Below, one piece after another: positions 38,565 to 47,211 of a stretch of DNA of 54,725 nt. The translations under genes were made by a program, and so were the position numbers. The DNA is from an uncultured Alphaproteobacteria bacterium (GTDB lineage Bacteria; Pseudomonadota; Alphaproteobacteria; CAAHEQ01; UBA3637): assembly GCA_947624545.1 (NCBI GenBank), contig CANQKV010000001.1:1-54725 (forward strand), given 5' to 3'. Within the stretch, counting starts at the first letter, position 1, and every line of letters starts with the position of its first letter. The notes under the pieces are model-generated. The model did no database searches and was not told where the DNA came from. It saw nothing but the letters and a program-made list of their open reading frames with translations.

Positions 38565-39974
38565 ATGTTTTTTAAAGCACCAAATCCAGTTAATTTAACG
38601 CAACCGTCGGCGCCGATGCAGCCGAAACTGACACCGATGCCGACGCCGCAACAAATGGCGCCCGAATCGCCTGCCCAAGCATTTCCGAATCCGCCGTTGC
38701 CGCAAGCGCCGTTCGTCGCCGAAGCGACGCCTGCCGTTCCGACAGAAGCAAATCCGTTTTCGCCGACAGAAGCAGTGGAACCGATAATTGATGAGGTTGT
38801 TTCTTCTGTCGCACCGACGGGCGAAAGTTTGACGCATTCAGCCGATTTTGCGCCCGAATCCGTCCAAGAAGCGCCTGTTACCAATCCTTATGCCAAGCCG
38901 ACGGATTATATCGAACCGCAAGAGGCGGAACCCGAACCGCAAATAAATGTGTCGGAAACCGTTATGGAGCCGCACGAAGAAGTTTTGCCGAACGGCGATA
39001 AAGTTTTTAAAGCCGCTTCCATTAAAGACGTTAATTTTTCGGATATTTGGTACACTCCCGAAAAAGTAGCTTATATTCGCGATAAATCAACCAAATTTGC
39101 GCTGATTCCGTTTGAAACGAACGACTTGGAAGATTTTTACAAAATGTTGGAGCAGGGGTATACCGGTTCTTCCTCTTATGCCGGTCGGTTTAAAGAGGAA
39201 TCTTATCGTATTGAGCGAGTCGTTACGACAACCGGTATTCAGTATAACTGCCGTAAAATGCCTGTTTCAACACCGAATTTGTATACTTTGGGACTTCCCG
39301 ATTCGATTACGCATTATCTTGCCACTTTGGCAACGGAAGCGGGGTTGATTTTGTTTGCAGGTCCGACAGGTATGGGAAAAACAACAACGGCATCGGCGTT
39401 AATGAAAGAGTTTTTGGAAAATCACGGCGGCTTTTTATATACGATTGAAGATCCGCCGGAAATGCCGCTGGACGGCTTATATCACGCCAAAAACGGCGCG
39501 TTGGGCTTGTGCAAACAATCGCCGGTCGAAAACGAACGCTGGGAAGACGGCTTAAAATCGGCATTGCGTTCTCGTCCGCGGTACATTCTGGTTGGTGAAA
39601 TCAGAACGCCGGAAGTTGCCTCGCAGGTTTTACGGGCAGCTACTTCCGGACACTTGGTGTTATCGACCATTCACGCCACCAGCGTGGAAGATGCTTTAAA
39701 TTCCATGATTAAGTATGCCTCCGGTGCCGGATTAGATGAAAAACTGGTCGGTGATTTGTTGGCACGCGGTATTTTAGCGGTTGTTCATCAAAAACTGGAA
39801 GGCACAACAACATTACATCCCGTTGTTCAAACGTGTTTTGCTAATCCGAATCCCTTAATGCCCGATCAAATGCGCAGTGCCATTCGAGAAGGACGAATCA
39901 GTTTGGGAACGCTTATGGAAGCGCAAACAACAAAATTAATACGAGGTGTTTCCATGTTTAAGGAAATGCGTTAA
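38565..39974 (+). CDS. PilT/GspE/VirB11-superfamily secretion ATPase with a long proline-rich N-terminal extension
   Basis: Contains Walker A GPTGMGKTTT, TIEDPPE, Walker B/Asp box YILVGEIR and the His box GHLVLSTIHA. The first ~190 aa are Pro/Ala/Glu-rich low complexity. The ATG at 38565 follows a GAGAGGGA ribosome-binding site; the ORF-track start at 38343 overlaps rimP. Confidence 0.75.
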   Translation: MFFKAPNPVNLTQPSAPMQPKLTPMPTPQQMAPESPAQAFPNPPLPQAPFVAEATPAVPTEANPFSPTEAVEPIIDEVVSSVAPTGESLTHSADFAPESVQEAPVTNPYAKPTDYIEPQEAEPEPQINVSETVMEPHEEVLPNGDKVFKAASIKDVNFSDIWYTPEKVAYIRDKSTKFALIPFETNDLEDFYKMLEQGYTGSSSYAGRFKEESYRIERVVTTTGIQYNCRKMPVSTPNLYTLGLPDSITHYLATLATEAGLILFAGPTGMGKTTTASALMKEFLENHGGFLYTIEDPPEMPLDGLYHAKNGALGLCKQSPVENERWEDGLKSALRSRPRYILVGEIRTPEVASQVLRAATSGHLVLSTIHATSVEDALNSMIKYASGAGLDEKLVGDLLARGILAVVHQKLEGTTTLHPVVQTCFANPNPLMPDQMRSAIREGRISLGTLMEAQTTKLIRGVSMFKEMR

Positions 39975-39982
39975 CAACTTAA

Positions 39983-40017
39983 AATGCCCGTTTTTTAAAA
40001 GGCGGGCATTTTTTTTA
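39983..40017 (+). terminator. Rho-independent terminator
   Basis: AATGCCCG-loop-CGGGCATT hairpin followed by T8. Confidence 0.8.
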
Positions 40018-40026
40018 ATCGTCTCT

Positions 40027-40055
40027 CTTGCTTTTGGTAAAAAATGACCTATATA
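40027..40055 (+). promoter_or_regulatory. Putative RpoH (sigma32)-type heat-shock promoter of htpG
   Basis: CTTG-N17-CCTATAT. It shares the ATGACCTATATA block with the dnaK upstream region. Confidence 0.45.
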
Positions 40056-40089
40056 TGTATGTTGTTTAAAAAAGAAAGAAGGTTTAGCC

Positions 40090-41946
40090 ATGACAAAAAC
40101 GGAAGAACAAAAAATTGAATTTAAAGCCGAAGTCAGCAAAGTTTTGGATATAGTGATTCATTCTTTATATTCCAATAATGAAATTTTCTTGCGCGAATTG
40201 ATTTCAAATGCTTCGGATGCGTGTGATAAATTGCGTTATGCCCTGCTCATTCACCCGGATTTATCCAAAGAAGCTTCGGCGTTTAAAATTACGTTAACTC
40301 CCGATTCGAAAGCCGATACGCTGACCGTTACCGATAACGGTATCGGTATGGATAAAGATGATTTAATCAATCATTTAGGCACCATTGCCCGATCGGGTTC
40401 TGCCGAATTTATTAAATCTTTAACGGGCGATAAACAAAAAGATATGGCGTTAATCGGACAATTCGGCGTTGGATTTTATGCCGCTTTTATGGTGGCGGAC
40501 AGCGTGACCGTTAAAACGCGAAAAGCCGGCACCGATGTCGGTTATGTGTGGATATCGACCGGCGCCGATTCGTTTACGATTACACCGGCAGAAAAATTGC
40601 CTGTCGGCACCAGTGTGATTTTACACTTAAAACCCGATGCCAAAGAATATTTGGAACCGATTCGGCTGCGTCATCTCGTGCGACAATATTCCGACCATAT
40701 TTCTTTGCCCATTATTTTAAAAGAAGGCGATAAAGAAGAAACAATCAACTCGGCAAGCGCTTTGTGGACACGTAAAAAAACAGATATAACCCCCGAACAA
40801 TATAAAGATTTTTATCAATCCGTTTCGCACGCTTTTGATGATCCGTGGATGACGCTTCATTATAAAGCCGAAGGTGTGATTGATTATACGGCTTTATTGT
40901 TTGTGCCGACAAAACCGCCGTTTAATTTGTTTCAACCCGATCGAAAATCGGGCATACAGTTATATGTCAATAAAGTGTTTATTTCCGATGACATTCCCGA
41001 TTTAATGCCGTTCTATCTGCGATTTGTGACGGGTGTTATCGATACGAACGATTTGCCGCTCAATGTGAGTCGCGAAATGTTACAAAAAACACCCGTTATG
41101 AGTAAAATTAAAAAGGGTATTGTCAAACATTTGTTAACGGAATTGAAAAAACGCGCCGAAGATAAAGCCGATTATCAAAAGTTTTGGGAAAGTTTCGGCA
41201 TTGTTTTTAAAGAAGGGCTTTACGAACCGATTGATGAAAGAGCGGAAGTTGCGGAATTATGTCGGTTTCACGTTTCCGCATCCGATGAGCTTCTCTCTTT
41301 TTCCGATTATATCGGCTTGATGAAACAAAATCAGGAAAACATATATTATTTGTCGGGCGCCGATTTGGAAACCTTAAAAACAAATCCGCAACTGGAAGGT
41401 TTTGCGGCACGCGGTATACCCGTTTTGTTGTTGACCGATCCGATTGATGAGTTTTGGGTGCAAACGTTTACGGAATATCAAGGAAAGAAAATTGTATCAG
41501 TTATGCACGCCAAAAACGATTTGGAAAAAATTGAACCCGATTCCGAACCCGTCGGCGATAAATTAGAAACCGCCGATGAGTTAATAAAACGCATCAAAGA
41601 AATTTTAGGCGATAAAATTAATTCGGTGCAAATGACCGATCGGTTGACGAAAAGTCCTATGGCGCTTATTACGCCCGAAGGACAAATGAGCCTTCATTTA
41701 GAACGGTTAATGAAAGCCAACGGACAGCAAATTGCTTACACCAGCGACCGAATTGTTGAAATTAATCCGCGTCATCCGCTGATTCATAAGTTGGCAGAGC
41801 TTGTCAGTCGTCGGGAAACGCCCGAAAAAGTGGCAGATGCCGTTTGGGTGTTGTATGATCAGGCGTTAATTGCGGAGGGCGAAAATATTTCCGATCCGGC
41901 AGCTTTTGCCGAACGACTCGGCAAGTTTGTGTTGTCGGGCTTATAA
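40090..41946 (+). CDS. htpG: Molecular chaperone HtpG (Hsp90)
   Basis: Contains FLRELISNASDACDKLRY and GQFGVGFYAAFMVAD (GHKL ATPase). The protein is 618 aa. Confidence 0.97.
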   Translation: MTKTEEQKIEFKAEVSKVLDIVIHSLYSNNEIFLRELISNASDACDKLRYALLIHPDLSKEASAFKITLTPDSKADTLTVTDNGIGMDKDDLINHLGTIARSGSAEFIKSLTGDKQKDMALIGQFGVGFYAAFMVADSVTVKTRKAGTDVGYVWISTGADSFTITPAEKLPVGTSVILHLKPDAKEYLEPIRLRHLVRQYSDHISLPIILKEGDKEETINSASALWTRKKTDITPEQYKDFYQSVSHAFDDPWMTLHYKAEGVIDYTALLFVPTKPPFNLFQPDRKSGIQLYVNKVFISDDIPDLMPFYLRFVTGVIDTNDLPLNVSREMLQKTPVMSKIKKGIVKHLLTELKKRAEDKADYQKFWESFGIVFKEGLYEPIDERAEVAELCRFHVSASDELLSFSDYIGLMKQNQENIYYLSGADLETLKTNPQLEGFAARGIPVLLLTDPIDEFWVQTFTEYQGKKIVSVMHAKNDLEKIEPDSEPVGDKLETADELIKRIKEILGDKINSVQMTDRLTKSPMALITPEGQMSLHLERLMKANGQQIAYTSDRIVEINPRHPLIHKLAELVSRRETPEKVADAVWVLYDQALIAEGENISDPAAFAERLGKFVLSGL

Positions 41947-41979
41947 GAGATTGATTTTTATTTCTTTTTAATTTTTAAA

Positions 41980-42010
41980 ATCCCTGTCGACTCGGCAGGG
42001 ATTTTTTTTA
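41980..42010 (+). terminator. Rho-independent terminator after htpG
   Basis: ATCCCTG-9 nt-CAGGGAT hairpin followed by T8. Confidence 0.8.
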
Positions 42011-42402
42011 TTGCTTGCCAAAGAAAAAACGATTCGATTTGTTTAAAAAATATTTAAAAAAAAGAGGAAAAACAATCGTTATTTTGAATAAAACATTATT
42101 TATTTGTCACTTTTTTTGGGAAAACGAATCAAAAAATAAAATAAAAATTTTTAAATTCAAAAGATTATAATCTTATGTCTTTCTTTCTTTTCTGATTTTT
42201 TCTTTTTTTTGCCGTTTTGTCTAATTTGTCAAAAACAATACGAAATAATTACGCAAAAAAATGCTTATTTTTTAATAAGTTTTAAAAAAAATTTTTTTTA
42301 TGCCAAAAAACGTTTGACATTTGAGTGCAAGACATGCTAACTGGAATCAATAAAACAAAATTTCTACCATATATTGTGTTTATTTGATAAGAGGAGTACT
42401 AT

Positions 42403-44463
42403 ATGTTGGGTGTTGTGCAAGGCGAAGACAAAAACAATATTGATTTGGGACCTTTAACCGAAGTTATTAAACGTGACGGCGCCAAACACGCGTTTGATGC
42501 CTCAAAAATTGCCATGGCAATCACGCGTGCCGGTGAAGCCACAAACGAATTCGGTACGGATGAAGCTTGGTTGCTGACGCGTCAGGTTATTAAGGTTTTA
42601 AAACATAAGTTTGCTTTCGGGCATATTCCCGCCATTGAACAAATTCAAGATGTTGTCGAACAAGTATTAATTTCATCGAACTATTATAAAACGGCGCGCT
42701 CTTATATTGTTTATCGCGAACAACGGGATAAAATTCGGAAAGACAAGCATGCCGCCATTGATGCCATTTCCTCCATTAACGAATATTTGGATCGCTCCGA
42801 TTGGCGCGTGAATGCTAACGCCAATCAGGGATATTCGCTCGGCGGTTTAATTTTAAATGTGTCGGGAAAAGTGGTTGCCAACTATTGGTTAAATCACGTT
42901 TACACACCGGAAATCGGAGAGGCGCACCGCAACGGCGATTATCATATTCATGATTTGGATATGTTATCGGGTTATTGTGCCGGTTGGTCGTTACGGGTGT
43001 TGTTGACGGAAGGTTTTAACGGCGTGCCGAACAAAGTGGAATCGAATCCGCCGCGTCATTTGGTTTCGGCGTTCAGTCAAATGATTAACTTTTTGGGAAC
43101 ACTGCAAAACGAATGGGCGGGTGCGCAAGCTTTTTCATCGGCAGATACATATTTAGCCCCGTTTGTGCGTATTGAAAAATTATCGTATGAAGATGTGAAG
43201 CAAGCCATGCAGTCTTTCATCTTTAACTTAAATGTGCCGTCGCGTTGGGGAACGCAAACACCGTTTACGAACTTAACGTTTGATTGGACGTGTCCGGATG
43301 ATTTGAAAGATCGTCATCCGATGATCGGCGGTGTGGAACAAGATTTTGTTTACGGCGATTTACAAAAAGAAATGGATATGATTAATCGGGCGTTTTTGGA
43401 AGTGATGGGTGCCGGCGATGCCAAAGGTCGACCGTTCACGTTTCCGATTCCCACTTACAATATTACCGACGAATTTCCGTGGGATTCGCCCAATACCGAA
43501 TATTTGTTTGAAATGACGGCAAAATACGGATTGCCTTACTTTTCAAACTATTTAAATTCCGATATGAAACCGAGTGATATTCGCTCTATGTGCTGTCGTT
43601 TACGGTTGGATTTAACCGAACTGAAAAAACGCGGCGGCGGCTTGTTCGGTTCGGCAGAACAAACGGGATCCATCGGCGTTGTTACCATTAACTGCGCGCG
43701 GTTGGGCTATTTGTTTAAAGGACAGAAAGAAGCTTTATACAAGCGCTTGGACGAGTTGTTGGATTTAGCCAAAACATCTTTGGAAATTAAGAGAAAAACC
43801 ATTTCCATGCATATGGACAGAGGCTTATATCCTTATACACGGCGGTATTTGGGAACATTCCGTAACCACTTTTCAACCATCGGCGTGAACGGTATTAATG
43901 AAATGATTCGCAATTTTACGAACGATATGGAAAACATTACGACCGAATACGGACGCGCATTTGCCAAGGAGCTTTTAACGCATATTCGTGAAAAAATGTT
44001 GGCATTTCAGGCGGAAACGGGCAATATGTATAATTTGGAAGCCACGCCTGCGGAAGGAACGACATATCGTTTTGCCAAAGAAGATCAAAAACGGTACAGC
44101 GGCATTATTCAAGCCGGCACCAAAGACGCTCCTTATTATACCAATTCTTCTCAATTACCGGCAGGCTTTACGGATGATCCGTTCAAGGCGCTGGATTATC
44201 AGGACGATTTACAAACGCAATATACCGGCGGAACAGTCTTACACTTGTATATGAGTGAACGTATTTCATCGGCATCTGCTTGTAAAGCATTAATTCGACG
44301 GGTTTTGGAAAATTATCGGTTGCCGTATGTTTCGGTAACGCCGGTTTATTCCATTTGCCCGAAACACGGCTATATTGCCGGCGAGCACAAATACTGCCCC
44401 ATGTGCGATCAAGAGCTTATCGAAAGAAAGCGCAAAGAAATGGAAGCGGCAGGAAACTTTTAA
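42403..44463 (+). CDS. nrdD: Anaerobic ribonucleoside-triphosphate reductase (class III) large polypeptide, lacking the glycyl-radical C-terminal segment
   Basis: Has an N-terminal ATP-cone (VIKRDGAKHAFDASKIAMAI), the core NrdD barrel (SMCCRLRLD) and a C-terminal Zn ribbon (CPKHG...CPMC). The ORF stops 21 aa after the last Cys, before any RVxGY motif. Confidence 0.9.
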   Translation: MLGVVQGEDKNNIDLGPLTEVIKRDGAKHAFDASKIAMAITRAGEATNEFGTDEAWLLTRQVIKVLKHKFAFGHIPAIEQIQDVVEQVLISSNYYKTARSYIVYREQRDKIRKDKHAAIDAISSINEYLDRSDWRVNANANQGYSLGGLILNVSGKVVANYWLNHVYTPEIGEAHRNGDYHIHDLDMLSGYCAGWSLRVLLTEGFNGVPNKVESNPPRHLVSAFSQMINFLGTLQNEWAGAQAFSSADTYLAPFVRIEKLSYEDVKQAMQSFIFNLNVPSRWGTQTPFTNLTFDWTCPDDLKDRHPMIGGVEQDFVYGDLQKEMDMINRAFLEVMGAGDAKGRPFTFPIPTYNITDEFPWDSPNTEYLFEMTAKYGLPYFSNYLNSDMKPSDIRSMCCRLRLDLTELKKRGGGLFGSAEQTGSIGVVTINCARLGYLFKGQKEALYKRLDELLDLAKTSLEIKRKTISMHMDRGLYPYTRRYLGTFRNHFSTIGVNGINEMIRNFTNDMENITTEYGRAFAKELLTHIREKMLAFQAETGNMYNLEATPAEGTTYRFAKEDQKRYSGIIQAGTKDAPYYTNSSQLPAGFTDDPFKALDYQDDLQTQYTGGTVLHLYMSERISSASACKALIRRVLENYRLPYVSVTPVYSICPKHGYIAGEHKYCPMCDQELIERKRKEMEAAGNF

Positions 44464-44478
44464 AACAGGGAGGATTAT

Positions 44479-44628
44479 ATGAGTCAAAAACCTCAACAAG
44501 TCAAGAAAAAAATCTCAACACAAAAGCCATTTGTCTGGGTATCAAATTCCCAAAAAAAAGAAAAGGGGCTTCGGCAGTTGTCGTTTGATGATTACTTGAA
44601 AAAAACAAAGCAACACACGAAAGGATAA
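44479..44628 (+). CDS. Hypothetical 49-aa lysine-rich protein (micro-ORF between the nrdD pieces)
   Basis: The ATG at 44479 follows a GGGAGGA ribosome-binding site. The product is MSQKPQQVKKKISTQKPFVWVSNSQKKEKGLRQLSFDDYLKKTKQHTKG. It is in the same reading frame as nrdD, separated only by TAA plus 5 codons. It is below the ORF-track length cutoff. Confidence 0.35.
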   Translation: MSQKPQQVKKKISTQKPFVWVSNSQKKEKGLRQLSFDDYLKKTKQHTKG

Positions 44629-44630
44629 TC

Positions 44631-44819
44631 ATGACAGACACGGAACTTTTGAAAAAACACGAACAAGAACGGCAACCGGTAGAATGCTGGACGCGGGTTA
44701 TGGGTTATTTCCGCCCGTACAGCCAATTTAACAAAGGTAAAAAATCGGAATTCAACGAACGGAAATGGTTTGTTGAGGAAAATTGCGGGTGTGCCTGTAA
44801 GAACGAAAAAGCCGCTTAA
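44631..44819 (+). CDS. Stand-alone glycyl-radical domain of class III ribonucleotide reductase (NrdD C-terminal segment as a separate 62-aa protein)
   Basis: TRVMGYFRPYSQFNKGKKSEFNERKW matches the NrdD glycyl-radical signature (RVxGY ... NxGKxxExxxR). It has its own AAAGGA ribosome-binding site and ATG, and its frame differs from nrdD. Confidence 0.75.
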   Translation: MTDTELLKKHEQERQPVECWTRVMGYFRPYSQFNKGKKSEFNERKWFVEENCGCACKNEKAA

Positions 44820-44831
44820 TCGGAGTGTATT

Positions 44832-45521
44832 ATGTTAACGCCGGCCGGATTGGTTCCCTTCACGACTATTGATTTTCCGAACCGTTTGGCCGCCGTTATT
44901 TTTTTTCAGGGGTGTCCGCTCAGATGCCCCTTTTGTCATAATCCGAATTTGCAACCGATTCAAACCGAAAGTACGGCACAATGGAGCGAAATCGTTTCAT
45001 TTTTAAAAACCCGTCAAAAACAGTTGGACGGTGTTGTTTTCAGCGGCGGCGAGCCGTTAATGCAGGCAGATTTGAAAAAAGGCATTCAAACCGTTAAAGA
45101 AATGGGTTTTCAAACAGCTCTTCATACCAGCGGTGTTTTCCCCGATAAGTTTGCCGATGTTTTACCGCTGATTGATTGGGTCGGATTGGATATTAAAGCA
45201 CCTTGGGCAAAATATTCTTTATTAACCGGACGACCCGACATCAGCGAATCGGTTCAAAAAAGCTTACGTCTGTTAATTCAATCACAAACGTCTTATGAAG
45301 TGCGAACGACATTGGATCCGCGATATTTAACCGTTGATGATGTTTATCAATCGGCGAAAGAATTGTTGGCTGAAAACGTACAAACTTATACGTTGCAAAA
45401 ATATCGCACGTTTGATGCGGATAAAAATCCGCCGCAACAAAGTCAAATCGATTCGTTTTTTAAAGATACGGACTTAATGACTTACTTACAAAATCATTTT
45501 TCGCATTTTACTTGTCGATAG
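44832..45521 (+). CDS. nrdG: Anaerobic ribonucleotide reductase activating protein (radical SAM)
   Basis: Contains the CPLRCPFCHN (CxxxCxxC) radical-SAM cluster motif and VVFSGGEPL, and lies adjacent to nrdD. Confidence 0.9.
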   Translation: MLTPAGLVPFTTIDFPNRLAAVIFFQGCPLRCPFCHNPNLQPIQTESTAQWSEIVSFLKTRQKQLDGVVFSGGEPLMQADLKKGIQTVKEMGFQTALHTSGVFPDKFADVLPLIDWVGLDIKAPWAKYSLLTGRPDISESVQKSLRLLIQSQTSYEVRTTLDPRYLTVDDVYQSAKELLAENVQTYTLQKYRTFDADKNPPQQSQIDSFFKDTDLMTYLQNHFSHFTCR

Positions 45522-45612
45522 TAAATAAAAAGCTTGTTTTTTTGTTCTTTTTCGGCTATAATCAAAAAGAAAAGTGTTATTATGTGCAAGCCCGAAAGAC
45601 GGAGGCAAAAAA

Positions 45613-46824
45613 ATGTCGGAAACAAAACAAAATGTCAATATCCCTCTTGAAGAAACCGAATTGAATCTTTCTTCTTTTGATTTTCAACAACAGTTGGAAC
45701 TGTTAAATCATCAGAAAGCGGAATTATTACATCGAAAAAAAGTTGCCGATCATTTTTCTCAAACCGCCCAGCGAAAATTAGATGAAATTGATGAACAGAT
45801 TTTAATTCTCAAAGGCTTTTTGGGAGAGAAAGAAACAAATGAAATCAAGCCCGAAGTCGTGATTGAAGATAACACAAACGAACGTTTTCAATCGAATCCG
45901 ACACAAAAGAAGTTTGAACCGCGTTTAATTGTAAAAGGAAAATCGGAAGAAGAGGCGGAAGCCGAACAGGAAAAAGAGAAAGAAGCGGCAACGCAACAAG
46001 CCCAACCCAATCAACCGCAACAACCGCAACAACCGAAAACGCCCGCTCAACCGAATCAACCGCAGCAACCGCAGCCGCAGCAGGAATTAACACCTGCCGA
46101 ACGGTTAGAGCAAATTCGGCAAAAGCTGACACAACGGGATCCGCGCAAGCAAAAAGAAGGATTGGAAGAGCTTAAAAAGCCCGAAAATAAAGATTTGGGT
46201 AAAGATGATCCGGTCTTTCAAAAGTTGCAAAAAAATGCCGAAAAACGGGTGGAACGTTTTGATAAAATTCGGGAAAGTCTGCGTAAAAACTTAAAAACGT
46301 TAATGCAATCCGATTCGTCAGTCGTTAAAAAGAATCTGGATCATATCCGTGCCGGTCGAATTGGTATGGGTATGGCGGGAATGAAAGAAATCGGCAAAAC
46401 AACCGATCCGCGCTTTAACGAAGTTGCAAAAGCCGCCAAAGGGTTATTTGAAAATGTAAGTGCGCTTTATAAAGAGTTTGATATTAAGCCCGAAGAAGCG
46501 TTATCGCGAGAAACATTGAATGAAGCGCGTCCGACTTTTACGCGGCAAATGGGCTTTAAATCGAAAGAAGATAAAGATATTGATCGCAATTCGCGTCAGA
46601 ACCGTTGGTTGGGACAATCCAACGAACTCAGCGAAGAAGAGCGGCATACTTACAAAAAAATTAAAGATATTTACGGTGTTGAAGTTGATAAATTACCGCC
46701 GGTTGATGCGCAAACGCAGCAAGATATGTGGATTATTCGGGAAATTGTTAAAGAAACGGCACAAAATACAACGACAAAAATTAAGCCGGCTTTAATGTTA
46801 AAATCGGGCGGTAATTCTTTATAA
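45613..46824 (+). CDS. Hypothetical protein with coiled-coil and Pro/Gln-repeat region
   Basis: The ATG at 45613 follows a GGAGG ribosome-binding site. The protein has a QPNQPQQPQQPKTPAQPNQPQQPQPQQ low-complexity block. I recognise no family. Confidence 0.5.
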   Translation: MSETKQNVNIPLEETELNLSSFDFQQQLELLNHQKAELLHRKKVADHFSQTAQRKLDEIDEQILILKGFLGEKETNEIKPEVVIEDNTNERFQSNPTQKKFEPRLIVKGKSEEEAEAEQEKEKEAATQQAQPNQPQQPQQPKTPAQPNQPQQPQPQQELTPAERLEQIRQKLTQRDPRKQKEGLEELKKPENKDLGKDDPVFQKLQKNAEKRVERFDKIRESLRKNLKTLMQSDSSVVKKNLDHIRAGRIGMGMAGMKEIGKTTDPRFNEVAKAAKGLFENVSALYKEFDIKPEEALSRETLNEARPTFTRQMGFKSKEDKDIDRNSRQNRWLGQSNELSEEERHTYKKIKDIYGVEVDKLPPVDAQTQQDMWIIREIVKETAQNTTTKIKPALMLKSGGNSL

Positions 46825-46848
46825 TCCTTGTGAAAACGATTTCTGTTT

Positions 46849-46891
46849 AAAACGAATCCGCGTGAAAAGGCGATTCGTTTTAAATTTTTTT
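46849..46891 (+). terminator. Rho-independent terminator
   Basis: A perfect 10-bp stem AAAACGAATC/GATTCGTTTT (46849-46858 and 46872-46881) followed by AAATTTTTTT. Confidence 0.7.
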
Positions 46892-47211
46892 CGAGTCGTT
46901 TTTTAAAAATTATTTTTTTTCAAAAACAGGGCAAATTTTTTAAATTTTTTCCCATATACATCACAAAATGTTGAATAAGCGAATCTATATATTGCGTCAA
47001 GAATTTTATTTTTAAAAATTAACAAAAAGTTAATTGCTTTTTTAAGAGAAGCCATTAATATGTTCTTATACAGATCAGGTGTGCATTACAAAAGCACATA
47101 CGGATATAACGGCGTGCGTAACGGAACAACAAAGCGCATAACGAAAAAAGCAGGAGAAAGCAGGAAAGGCAACGCAAAAAGGAACGTAAAGAACAGAGTA
47201 CAGGGATAACA

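Noticed and set aside
33448-39670. Numerous 60-130-aa ORFs antisense to or overlapping infB, nusA, the ylxR-like gene and the ATPase gene
   Set aside because: All lie inside well-supported long genes on the other strand or frame. They lack ribosome-binding sites and have low-complexity or Arg/Cys-rich compositions typical of shadow ORFs.
42364-42379. An NrdR-box-like sequence, CTACCATATATTGTGT, 24 nt upstream of nrdD
   Set aside because: It matches 13 of 16 positions of the acaCwAtATaTwGtgt consensus. However, I could not find the second box normally located ~31 bp away, and the left half-site is poor. It is kept only as a note and could be tested by a genome-wide NrdR motif scan.
44464-44630. 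A group I intron, intein or homing-endonuclease insertion as the cause of the nrdD split
   Set aside because: The gap is only 167 nt. It shows no extended GC-rich pairing typical of group I introns and no endonuclease-sized ORF. The flanking pieces have their own ribosome-binding sites and start codons.
46825-47211. oriC or a DnaA-box cluster upstream of dnaA
   Set aside because: The region is AT-rich, but I found no good TTATCCACA-type boxes; the best candidates have at least 2 mismatches. In alphaproteobacteria the origin is usually not next to dnaA.
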